Assembly (NCBI RefSeq): GCF_001186125.1
Contig: NW_014039832.1
Coordinates: 6,375-40,630, forward strand
Length of the DNA stretch: 34,256 nucleotides
Reading direction: 5' to 3'
Origin: Sphaeroforma arctica JP610
Taxonomy: Eukaryota
Below, one piece after another: positions 23,883 through 34,256 of this stretch. The notes under the pieces are model-generated. The model was not told the DNA's origin, did no database searches, and worked only from the letters and a program-made list of their open reading frames with translations. The stretch's first letter is position 1, and every line of letters starts with the position of its first letter. Both the position numbers and the translations under genes were made by a program.

Positions 23883-25656
23883 CATATACACATATACATA
23901 CACACACACATATATACATATAACACTTACTTCCATGGTGTCCTGCGTGGAGTTCAGTTGGTGAGGCCAGCATTTGTTGTCCAGGATATCATGGGCGTAC
24001 ATCCATCGGTCAAAGTGCCTTTGAAGCACATTCGCTTGAACTACTTTCCACTTCTCTGTTGAGATCACCTTCCTGCGATAAATTTTTTTATAGACAAAAT
24101 AATGAAAGCTAAGCCAGAATATATACGAGAAACAAATTATTTGTGAACACTACAAAGAAGTTGCTTCACACTACAATGAATTTGTATGCATCGAAAGCAT
24201 ATGGAAGTGACATAAAGTGCATGCAGATGGAAAGTTCCTATCCACTATTTTCAATTTCCTTATATTTCTAATGATACTTGTTATATATTTGTTCCTGGCC
24301 TGTTGCTGTCCATAATCGGGTCTTTGCACGGGACAAAATCCACACCTACAGCAATTACCAACAGTCCATACAAAGCTAGTAATCACCCTCTCTGAGCCAT
24401 CTTACATTTCAAACCAACTCTGTTCTGACCGTCTCTGTATTTGATAGTGCTCACTACCGCGGGGTTGCACTAAGGACAAGCCACACATGATTCAACTGCG
24501 AATGTACCGTACAATCCTAATAGTTGCTCTCGCCGAACTTTCATACTGTTATGGAGCCTGCACCCACCTATCCCTATATCTGCTGCTGTCTAGAATTGAG
24601 TGCTTGCACACAAAATGGTCTACCTCAGCTACAGTTGCCGATGCGCCATATTGACCTAGTAATCACCCATTTCCATTGCCTTGCATTTCGAAGAACCAAA
24701 GCCTGTACATACCCATCCCTGAATTTGTTGGTGTCCAGAATTGGGTTCTTGCACACGAGATAGTCCACATCTATGGCAGGTGCGTCTGATGAATCAGCCG
24801 TTGCAGTGGTTTCCGCCGCAGCCGTGGCTTCGCCCGCTGTGGTTTTGATAGATACAAGTTGGTGATCAAATATAAGTACTGTTTACAAATGTGTTCGTTT
24901 GGAAGCACTTGCTATGGATAAGTGTTCGGATAGAACTACCTGTTACGATTGTGTGTTGAAGTCTAAGTACCTGTTATGGCTGTGTGCTCGATAGGAAATA
25001 CTTGATACAGTTGTGTGTTCAAGTCTAAAACTTGTGAGTTCGAGTCTAAGTACCAAGTATCATGTGCGTTCAATTAAATGTACTACTTGTGAATATGTGG
25101 TCGATCATGAGACTTATCATGTTATGTGCAGTCGATTGCAGGATACTTTCCGGATGTTCGTAGACACAACCAATCCAATTGTAGCGAAACAGTCTGAGAA
25201 AAAATGGCAATAGTTGGTCTATCCGAATTCTTATTCTAAATACGTCAATGTGGTCGCGTACTCGTCTGCATATATGCATCCGAAACAGGCTGAGCTTTAA
25301 CACACTAGCACATAACTCCCCACCTTCAGTCGATGCAGTCTCAGAGGCTTTCTCCTCTTCAGTAGCCACCAATTCCTCAGCAGCGGCTTCTCCTCCTGTG
25401 GCGGTATTCTCTTGTTGTGGCTCTGTTTGTTTTGATTCTACCGCTCCTTTGATCTCTTCTTGCGTATATGTAGGTTCCGTAACCAGTTCCTCTGTCGCAG
25501 TAGTGGTCTCCTTTTCCTCCGGCGCAACTTCTTGTGGTTCTGGAGCAGCTTCTTGCGGTTCTATTGGCTCTGGCGCTTTCTCGGGTTGTACCGGGATCGC
25601 TGGTTCTGTGGTCTTCATGAGATCTTCCTCTGTCGAGGGTGTGTCTGTACTGCCCC
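18109..25656 (-). CDS. Histidine acid phosphatase (branch 2) fold protein with an acidic Glu/Thr/Pro-rich N-terminal stalk and non-canonical catalytic motifs; 5' end not found (at least 587 aa)
   Basis: Exons 25656-25324, 24836-24713, 24072-23931, 23289-23208, 22832-22582, 22356-22146, 21531-21411, 21227-21140, 20583-20521, 19507-19394, 18915-18820, 18246-18109. All are GT-AG and phase-consistent to TGA. Family landmarks occur in order: [13 protein letters not shown] (RHGxR position), [12 protein letters not shown]...[32 protein letters not shown] (HD position), [18 protein letters not shown], and C-terminal Cys residues. Confidence 0.85.
20818..21105. repeat. (TA)n/(TACA)n compound microsatellite, representative of similar tracts at ~9325-9440, 19185-19320, 19963-19986, 23815-23920, 26383-26629, 27655-27800, 31070-31110, 31722-31890 and 34120-34256
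   Basis: Directly visible dinucleotide and tetranucleotide runs, mostly intronic or flanking gaps. Confidence 0.95.
21801..21880. repeat. Perfect 36-bp tandem duplication (2.2 copies) in an intron
   Basis: gccacctggaccgctgtagaatggtcagcaatgcga occurs at 21801-21836 and 21837-21872, followed by gccacctg. Confidence 0.95.
23270..23590. repeat. Degenerate ~74-bp x 5 (dimeric ~147-bp) tandem array overlapping a splice acceptor
   Basis: tcagt....cattgat(gctgtaga) anchors at 23270, 23344, 23418, ~23495 and 23564. Units 1, 3 and 5 resemble each other, as do units 2 and 4. Confidence 0.7.
24872..25165. repeat. Degenerate ~31-bp minisatellite, about 9-10 units, intronic
   Basis: Example units are gaactacctgttacgattgtgtgttgaagtc, taagtacctgttatggctgtgtgctcgatag and gaaatacttgatacagttgtgtgttcaagtc. 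Confidence 0.8.
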
Positions 25657-26398
25657 CTATAACCCAATTGTGGTGATAAAGAGTTATTCAAGTGAGCAAA
25701 CTATGCGTCGCGCACCCTGGTTCGTGGGTTCAAAAATATGTTTTGGCCAGAAAAACTTAAACTTGTGTCGGTTCATACTGTAGGGCAGGTTGGATATTTA
25801 GATTGTAACTTAACACATCCACGGATGTCTTACAAGGTTAAATCTCATTTCCCCTGTGACACGTGAGCACGTGCAACTACAACTATGAACGTTCAACCGT
25901 CCATATATAGCGCACATGCTAACGGAAATCCACATAGCTGTGCAGATGTGTGCGCGTGTGCATAGTTCGAGATTAGCATGAACCGGGAGTCTGTGATATG
26001 CGATATAAATCACTATTTAGTTACATCTGAAACGTTGTTCTCTGCCTAGTTCACGGGATGTTTGCTGCTTGCAACTACAACGCTATATTGATAATTGTGA
26101 ATTTTTTTCCGTGTTCAAATACAATCACTAATGGTGGTGCATCGAGAGTTCTATTCCATACTTCTATTTCTTACATGTCATAACATTATCTACTAATATT
26201 ACAAATAAAGGTAATACATTAACCACAGTTTGTATATAAGCACTTTAAATATCTCCACTGTCGAAAACACAGCATTAGGTAGATGGTCATAACAGTATCC
26301 GCACATCGGATACAGCACAAATAAACCAACCACGTATACGCATTCGAATCGGGCAGGGTCTTTACTCAGCACGAGAATGGTACACACACATACACAAA

Positions 26399-26430
<32 letters not shown>

Positions 26431-26629
26431 TTTATATATATGTATATGTATATATACATATATAATTATATATATATATATATATATATACATACACTTG
26501 CATATATATAAGTATATATTTATATATGTGTGTGTGTNTACTACAANATATATATATATATATATATATATATAGTATATATAATATATTAATTATATAT
26601 ATATACTACTACTTACGTTATATAATAAT

Positions 26630-27594
26630 NNNNNNNNNNNNNNNNNNNNNNNNNNNNNNNNNNNNNNNNNNNNNNNNNNNNNNNNNNNNNNNNNNNNNNN
26701 NNNNNNNNNNNNNNNNNNNNNNNNNNNNNNNNNNNNNNNNNNNNNNNNNNNNNNNNNNNNNNNNNNNNNNNNNNNNNNNNNNNNNNNNNNNNNNNNNNNN
26801 NNNNNNNNNNNNNNNNNNNNNNNNNNNNNNNNNNNNNNNNNNNNNNNNNNNNNNNNNNNNNNNNNNNNNNNNNNNNNNNNNNNNNNNNNNNNNNNNNNNN
26901 NNNNNNNNNNNNNNNNNNNNNNNNNNNNNNNNNNNNNNNNNNNNNNNNNNNNNNNNNNNNNNNNNNNNNNNNNNNNNNNNNNNNNNNNNNNNNNNNNNNN
27001 NNNNNNNNNNNNNNNNNNNNNNNNNNNNNNNNNNNNNNNNNNNNNNNNNNNNNNNNNNNNNNNNNNNNNNNNNNNNNNNNNNNNNNNNNNNNNNNNNNNN
27101 NNNNNNNNNNNNNNNNNNNNNNNNNNNNNNNNNNNNNNNNNNNNNNNNNNNNNNNNNNNNNNNNNNNNNNNNNNNNNNNNNNNNNNNNNNNNNNNNNNNN
27201 NNNNNNNNNNNNNNNNNNNNNNNNNNNNNNNNNNNNNNNNNNNNNNNNNNNNNNNNNNNNNNNNNNNNNNNNNNNNNNNNNNNNNNNNNNNNNNNNNNNN
27301 NNNNNNNNNNNNNNNNNNNNNNNNNNNNNNNNNNNNNNNNNNNNNNNNNNNNNNNNNNNNNNNNNNNNNNNNNNNNNNNNNNNNNNNNNNNNNNNNNNNN
27401 NNNNNNNNNNNNNNNNNNNNNNNNNNNNNNNNNNNNNNNNNNNNNNNNNNNNNNNNNNNNNNNNNNNNNNNNNNNNNNNNNNNNNNNNNNNNNNNNNNNN
27501 NNNNNNNNNNNNNNNNNNNNNNNNNNNNNNNNNNNNNNNNNNNNNNNNNNNNNNNNNNNNNNNNNNNNNNNNNNNNNNNNNNNNNNNNNNNNNN
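26630..27594. other. Assembly gap (N)
   Basis: Run of N flanked by TA/CA microsatellites. Confidence 0.99.
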
Positions 27595-27654
27595 TAAGGT
27601 TAATTAACGTTTTAAGTTTAGTTTACGGTTACGAAGTACGAGTTACGTAGATAT

Positions 27655-27694
<40 letters not shown>

Positions 27695-28066
27695 GTGTAT
27701 GTGTGTGTGTCTTGTGTAAGTGTGTGTGTGTGTCTTGTGCAAGTGTGTGTGTGTGTGTGTGTATGTATGTGTATATGTATGTATGAATATATATATATTA
27801 GTGACCGCTTGACGATTTACGCGTCGTAGTAGCATATATACAAGTGTCAACACTACACGGACATGAATCACAATATCAAAAAGCAGATTACGAGTTGGGA
27901 TCTGCCTATACATGATGAGGTGATACGGGAACGCTCCCCGAAGATATCATCCCTTAATTTACACATTTACAACGGTTATCTCTATGTGCACGTATGCAAA
28001 CATGACACCGTGTTTCGCCCGTATTTTATTGGAACCGACCACTCAACTGTAGTATTATTCACATAC

Positions 28067-30153
28067 CCCGCATTACTTCGAACATATGTCTGTCCCTCAC
28101 CACCCATGGTTATGATCACATGAGCAGGTCCCATAGTCAGCAACTCAGTTGCCATCTCGTTGATGCTAGCTTCTTTTGTTTGTGTCAACATGGCGGCCTC
28201 ATGCTCGTTCTACGAAATAATTCGAGACACATCAGTCCATATTTGCAGTGGAGAGAGGAAATGAGGAAAGCAAAAGCATATCTGCGTACATACATAGGTT
28301 GTAGCTCCAAAATCTACCTACAGTGTACATACTAATTGGAGAGAATCAGCTCCATACCACGCATTGGCTTCCCGTATGCACAAAGTATGTTTAATACATA
28401 CCACGACAAGACAGTCTACGTGTTTAATGAAGTCCTTAGCCGCTTGCGGTTTTGGCATGGGAGAGGGGTTGAATAGTGTGAACACGCCCTTTGCCTTCGC
28501 AGATTGCGCGGCCGATAAACTGGAGTTGTATGGAATCTCCTGTAGGTAATAGATCGTTGTGAATGCAGAAGGATTGAGGAAATCTATATTATTTCACACG
28601 GACAAGTCATCATTCACGTCCAAATTGTAGTCCGGACACAGATCAGTGAAGTGCTGCTACAGATTAAAGTTCAGATACAGCCAATCCCTGATGAACATGT
28701 GCCCCTCTTCGAAAATACTACTGACCTAGACCTACTCTGGCAGAACCAGATACTTCAAGCAAAGATGCATTATGCTTTATAAATATAACAACGTCATACC
28801 AATTGGCAGACCATGACAATACATCGCTCAATTAAAGACTCGCAGTCTTTCACATCTTCCTCGCTATATGCTCCATTTGCGCCAGCACAAACCACTATTT
28901 GGTTCTCGCCTGCAGAGGTTGGTTGGGTAATTGAGGCTGTTATTTCTGAGGTTAAATTGCGTCTTGATACCCACCAACGTGCAATGATGAAAAGAGTTCC
29001 GATACCGGACCAGAAACCCAATTATGCTCAAGCTTAGTAGAGTAGAACAAACATTGATTCTGCGACGGCACGCATGCACAAAACTAAACCTGGAATTCTC
29101 CATATCAGTCCAACTGAGATTATTATTGAAGACATCGATATACACACCTTTCGCGTCCACAATTATGAGAGCGGTACCAGTGGCAAGTGTAGGGTCGACA
29201 AGCAATTTGGATGTATCTATGCCATCCTTGCGGAGCTCGCAGGCGTACGAATCGCCGCCTACATCAGCACCGATCTGTAGGATCAAAGTTTAAGATAGGA
29301 ATGAGCATACAAGCATCCTGATATTGTAGCTAGCAACTTCCACTGGAGCGCATAAAAATATAGGGGGGTGCCAAAATTATTGTACCTCTCATATACAGAG
29401 AAGCAGAAGTGCAACAGCTAGAAACAATGTACTGACCTTTCCGGCCATTGCAGTCTTCGCACCGCATCGTGCAGCCATGACACAGACATTAGCACCTGTT
29501 ACAAAACACCGAAGAAGCTCTGGTAAATTTTACATACAAAGACTTAGGTATGTTACTCAGTAGGAGCGTAAAGTGGCAGTACTGTCCGATTGTATTTAAA
29601 ACAATATACATGTACTTAATGCAGTGAGATATGTGTAATGCGAAGCACTTCAATATAGTGATGCAGGCATACCGATGCCTTAAATGTACCGTTGTAATGA
29701 AGATTGACTGAAAATTTACTCAATTTCAACATCGCACAATGATCACTAAGTCGACTTGTAATATCAATTAATGGCAGGCGACTAAAATGGGACCCTTGCC
29801 GAATTCATATTGGATTTTCCGGAGAGATTACACACATCCTTTACATACCTTTACCGCCTTGGTTCGTACGGAAGTTCTCTCCACTGATTGTTTCTCCAGG
29901 ATTAGGCGGCGATTCAACGAAGCTGTGGTTGCAAACAATACAGCGTGTAAGAGAATATGAGAGACTACAGCGAACACAGTATTGAATATGAGGGGAATCA
30001 GGATATAGCAAACAGGTATGATATATTAATCACAAGCGAGCAAAATTATTATCGAAGAGGAATTTTGTGAGCGCTTCTCGGTCGTCAATTATACCATGTG
30101 TAGTCTACGTTGCAAGAGCCAACCACCACAACGTCGATGTCTTGCGCAGTCAT
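28067..30153 (-). CDS. RBKS: Ribokinase (PfkB family), 3' end missing
   Basis: Exons 30153-30095, 29922-29849, 29495-29437, 29274-29148, 28909-28800, 28539-28402, 28209-~28067 give MTAQDIDVVVVGSCNVDY...PNPGETISG...GGKGAN...GKIGAD...TGTALIIVDAKGENQIVVCAGAN...VCQLEIP...FNPSP...VVNEHEA...VIITMGGEG. The DTTGAGD exon was not found and probably lies in the 26630-27594 gap. Confidence 0.93.
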
Positions 30154-31110
30154 AGTTCCAATTTTGAATATTCAAATGGTTTTCGAATGTGATAAATATT
30201 TGAGATTTTTGGGGCGAGACTATGGTAGAGACAGTCTATATATACAAGTACCGTCGAGGTCTACTTATTTGGGTACAGAGACTCTATGCAATCTATGCCG
30301 TGTGGCTATAAGCCCCTCTCTGGAAAGAGTCGTAACATCAGCCATACTTGCAATTTACGATTGAAAATGTTTCTTGGCAGACGATAATATGACAGCAATT
30401 TGTCATCATTTATGTTTTGTGGTTCGTGGCCGTGTCAGAGTGTCACAATTCCACAATCATCATGTCATCAGAGATTTTATAATTTTATTCCCTCTGAGGG
30501 CATGAGGCTCTGTGTGAAGAGAGAAAGACAAAAATGGCATAGATATGGCAAGCTCGCTACTTTATTGGCTACAAAAGCTCGTTTGTGAGCAGAAGCCTCA
30601 GATTGTCATTGTTTTCAGACCTCTTGCCTCTGTTAAATACACCTCAGATCATAGATGAAGTCGGATACGTCTCTGTCTCTCTGTAACAGTCTGTGTGGTG
30701 TGTAGTACATAATTAGTTAAAGTAATACTGTTCTTATATTTTTTAAACTAAAGAAACTATGTACATTTGTACATATTACGTACAAATTGCTAGACATGTA
30801 TTATTAGTTTAGCTCCACACAAAAAGTAACAATTGTGATATTCGAATAGAATAGCTATTTAAACCTGCACTCACTCTTTAGCCAATTTTATAGCGAATAT
30901 TAGCTCTCTGACTAGTCCCGAGTAGAATTCAGGGTATGTTGAAATAGTACAGCAACAATAACTCGAATAGATCACCGAATAACAAATTTGCAACGCATTC
31001 AAACACATTAAAATAGCGGCGACGATACATAAAACCAGTATCCGGGAATTTTTTTGCTATACATAAATGTATATGCATATATATATATGTGTGTATGTGT
31101 GTGTGTGTAT

Positions 31111-31721
31111 NNNNNNNNNNNNNNNNNNNNNNNNNNNNNNNNNNNNNNNNNNNNNNNNNNNNNNNNNNNNNNNNNNNNNNNNNNNNNNNNNNNNNNNNNN
31201 NNNNNNNNNNNNNNNNNNNNNNNNNNNNNNNNNNNNNNNNNNNNNNNNNNNNNNNNNNNNNNNNNNNNNNNNNNNNNNNNNNNNNNNNNNNNNNNNNNNN
31301 NNNNNNNNNNNNNNNNNNNNNNNNNNNNNNNNNNNNNNNNNNNNNNNNNNNNNNNNNNNNNNNNNNNNNNNNNNNNNNNNNNNNNNNNNNNNNNNNNNNN
31401 NNNNNNNNNNNNNNNNNNNNNNNNNNNNNNNNNNNNNNNNNNNNNNNNNNNNNNNNNNNNNNNNNNNNNNNNNNNNNNNNNNNNNNNNNNNNNNNNNNNN
31501 NNNNNNNNNNNNNNNNNNNNNNNNNNNNNNNNNNNNNNNNNNNNNNNNNNNNNNNNNNNNNNNNNNNNNNNNNNNNNNNNNNNNNNNNNNNNNNNNNNNN
31601 NNNNNNNNNNNNNNNNNNNNNNNNNNNNNNNNNNNNNNNNNNNNNNNNNNNNNNNNNNNNNNNNNNNNNNNNNNNNNNNNNNNNNNNNNNNNNNNNNNNN
31701 NNNNNNNNNNNNNNNNNNNNN
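31111..31721. other. Assembly gap (N)
   Basis: Run of N flanked by TA/TG microsatellites. Confidence 0.99.
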
Positions 31722-32367
31722 GTATATATGTATGTTATTTATATGCATATATATATATATTTATATATATATATTTATATATCTATATATATCTATATCA
31801 CTATCTATATATATATATTTATATATATATATGGAAACGCACACACACTTATGTATATATATATATATATATATTCACACACACCCATATGTATACATTT
31901 CAGGAGAAGCCATGGAAATGAATGGAATAAATCTTGCTATGATACATTGGGATCGTTGCCATTGCGCAAATTTTATTACGATTCACGCCAAAATTACCAA
32001 TTGTACTGAAAATTGGGTAACCTAAAAAAAATCAGGAGGCTATAAAAGTCGCGGAATTTCCATTTGTGAGGCTGTATGATCATCGCACCTCTAGTCAATA
32101 ACAAGAAAAACATATGTATGCCATGCATACTAATATGTCCATTTGTATGCGTATGAAGAAGTCATCTGCTGTAGCGTAATTGTCTTGACGAGCAGCGCAA
32201 GCCTACCTACATAACTTCTCAGAAGCAAGCACGCTCCACGACAATAGGTGACAAGCCTAGCCGATGATATCCGGGCTTTCATTTATGTGCACCAGGCATT
32301 AGACCCCAACTGCTCATCCTCAGCGCTTTGGCCGCAACTGTGTAGTCGCACAGCACAATAATAGCAG

Positions 32368-32520
32368 CAATGATCCTCACTACAACCGCTAACCCCCTGG
32401 CAGATTGCGCACGTTTGTCGCCAGTGAAGGATAATCACGTAGGTAATGCTCGCCACCACAACCGCTAACCCCCTTGCGAGCTCCGCATGTCTATCGCCAG
32501 GACATGGGTATCATGTGATT
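32368..32520. repeat. Imperfect ~76-bp tandem duplication
   Basis: caaccgctaacccc...cgca.gt.t.tcgccag...atca.gt occurs at 32383 and 32459. Confidence 0.75.
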
Positions 32521-32674
32521 GAATACGCGTGTCGCGTGCTTATGTATGGTGTTCATGATAAGTCTTTATGCCGGAAGATCAGATGTACCTATCACATAAG
32601 ATGTGACAAGTGTACATCAATGTCTTCTGGCGCTAATGAGAGGCGGTGAAAAAGGCCTCATCTCGTTCACTGGG

Positions 32675-32746
32675 GCATTTGAATAACCACTTATCACTGC
32701 ATCTGAATAACCACTTCCTGCTGCATTTGGATAACCACCTACTACT
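32675..32746. repeat. 24-bp x 3 tandem repeat
   Basis: gcatttgaataaccacttatcact / gcatctgaataaccacttcctgct / gcatttggataaccacctactact. Confidence 0.85.
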
Positions 32747-33202
32747 GCTGTATAGTGTCCAGTGTCAGTCTCAGGGGGGCTGATCACACCAGCCCAAGAC
32801 AATTTTTCCAGTGGCACAATGTCGACAATGTATCAGTATACATCCCTCGTATGTGCGGCGTCACTGCCATGCACGAAGTCATCGAATGTCCTTGAGCGTG
32901 AGTCCATCATGCTCCACATCCACGTTGAGTGTTGCTTGTGCTTCAGTGTTTGTGCACCCCTACACGGCTCGAGTCGGCGATATATCCCACTGCCGACCTG
33001 CTATGTCTTTCCGGCTAGTGCTAATATACAGTCCGCATCACATGCTCAAGTGTCCAATAATATAGGGTGGCCTTTTTCATCACTTGACAGATCTATCTCA
33101 GATGCCGCGCTAGTATTGGACCGTTCTCGCCAGTTGCCAGAGTGCACGAAAGTACGATCAATGAATGTGCTACATATATAATACACTACTGATTCGACTG
33201 GT

Positions 33203-33993
33203 TCATTGATATCCCGCATCACTGGACGCTGCTGGATCTTGATAGAGTCTGGGGAGGTTCGATATATTCAGACTATTCAGAGGCATGTTCAAACTATTCG
33301 TAGGCATAGGATTACCGTTTTCGTTCCCACTATACGGAAGCGCCTGTAGGTGAAAGCTGCCCGAGCTCATGTTCATGCTATTTAGACTTTGGTTCGACTC
33401 CTCGATATGTATGGGTGCAGAGTTGGTACCAGCTCCCGGATGGAACCCATTCAGAGACACGGAACCCATAGAGCCCATAGAGCCCATAGAGCCTCCGGCT
33501 GGTGACAAGGCCGCGGGTCGATGACCCTGACCTACATTTTGGCTCATGCTGTGGCTCAAATTATGTATGCTATGGCCCCGTCTATTTGACTTCTCATCCA
33601 GAAACTGCTCGAACAAGCTCTTACTCGGAGGCGCACCTTGTAAATATGCACCCGAATTCAGATTATGGGTCGAAATCGTCCCCGAATCCAGGCTTGGACC
33701 CATTGGTGGGAGTCCCTTCAACATCCGTTCTGAGGGCTCTGAGGGGTATCTATCAATACGCAAGCCTGAATTGTGGTGTGTTGGGAGTGCACCAAATTGC
33801 ATGTTTGCCGCTCTACGCGGTACTTGTTGCGAGCTTCGTCGTCGGGGACCTCCGTGAAACATATTGTTCTGATTGTTGATACTGTGTTGGCTATTTTTAT
33901 TGTTGTGGTTGATGTTATTGATGTTGTTGCCGTTGATATCATGTCCGGGGAAAACCGAGGGGGGAAAAACGTCTGGAGTGCTTGCAGTTAAAC
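33203..33993 (-). CDS. Terminal exon (~262 aa) of a gene extending beyond the window; N/S/G/H/M-rich low-complexity region
   Basis: Acceptor with a branch-like cactaactacag at 33994, phase 1. The frame is open to TGA at 33203-33205 and includes NGNNINNINHNNKN and (GSM)3. No globular domain was recognised. Confidence 0.75.
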
Positions 33994-34144
33994 CTGTAGT
34001 TAGTGACAAGTGCAAAATATGAATATAGAACAATTCGTTGAGTTTTAGGAATTGATAAAGTTGCTTCGATGTATAGATTGAACATCCGACTTATATATAC
34101 AAACAAAAATATAAAATAAATAGCACACACACACACATTCATAT

Positions 34145-34178
<34 letters not shown>

Positions 34179-34256
34179 CAATAATTTATATATATACATA
34201 TATGAATATATACTTACATATATATATATATATATATACATAGAGAGAGAGAGAGA

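Noticed and set aside
24872..25165. CRISPR-like periodicity
   Set aside because: No invariant repeat with unique spacers and no cas genes; eukaryotic intron context.
25248..25676. 142-aa Ser/Ala/Gly-rich plus-strand ORF
   Set aside because: Antisense shadow of the acidic stalk exon.
1..34256. U12 (AT-AC) or other non-canonical introns, transposons, rRNA or tRNA
   Set aside because: All modelled introns are GT-AG. No transposase or reverse transcriptase motifs, terminal repeats or structured RNA signatures were recognised by eye.

Overview
Intron-rich eukaryotic genomic DNA from a draft assembly, with four N gaps and many (TA)n/(CA)n tracts. Its style resembles a unicellular holozoan such as an ichthyosporean; this is inference only. 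Manual GT-AG splicing gave reading-frame-consistent gene models. In order: (1) a ~1200-aa protein with an unrecognised ~50-aa tandem repeat and a charged helical C-terminus (+, 1565-5957); (2) a FAM210/DUF1279-like mitochondrial membrane protein (-, 7031-9828); (3) a vWA/MIDAS protein that appears internally deleted or frameshifted (-, 10441-11564); (4,5) two tandem 7-exon fatty-acid-hydroxylase/sterol-desaturase paralogs that share a 119-bp identical tract (+, 11707-14192 and 15020-17478); (6) a histidine acid phosphatase-fold gene with at least 12 exons and altered catalytic motifs (-, 18109-25656, 5' end missing); (7) ribokinase (-, 28067-30153, 3' end missing); (8) the low-complexity last exon of a gene entering from the right (-, 33203-33993). 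The most unusual structure is in the phosphatase gene. At least five exon-intron junctions have decayed tandem copies in the adjacent intron, several offset by 145-148 bp, and some keep a usable splice site. No rRNA, tRNA, CRISPR or recognisable transposon was seen.
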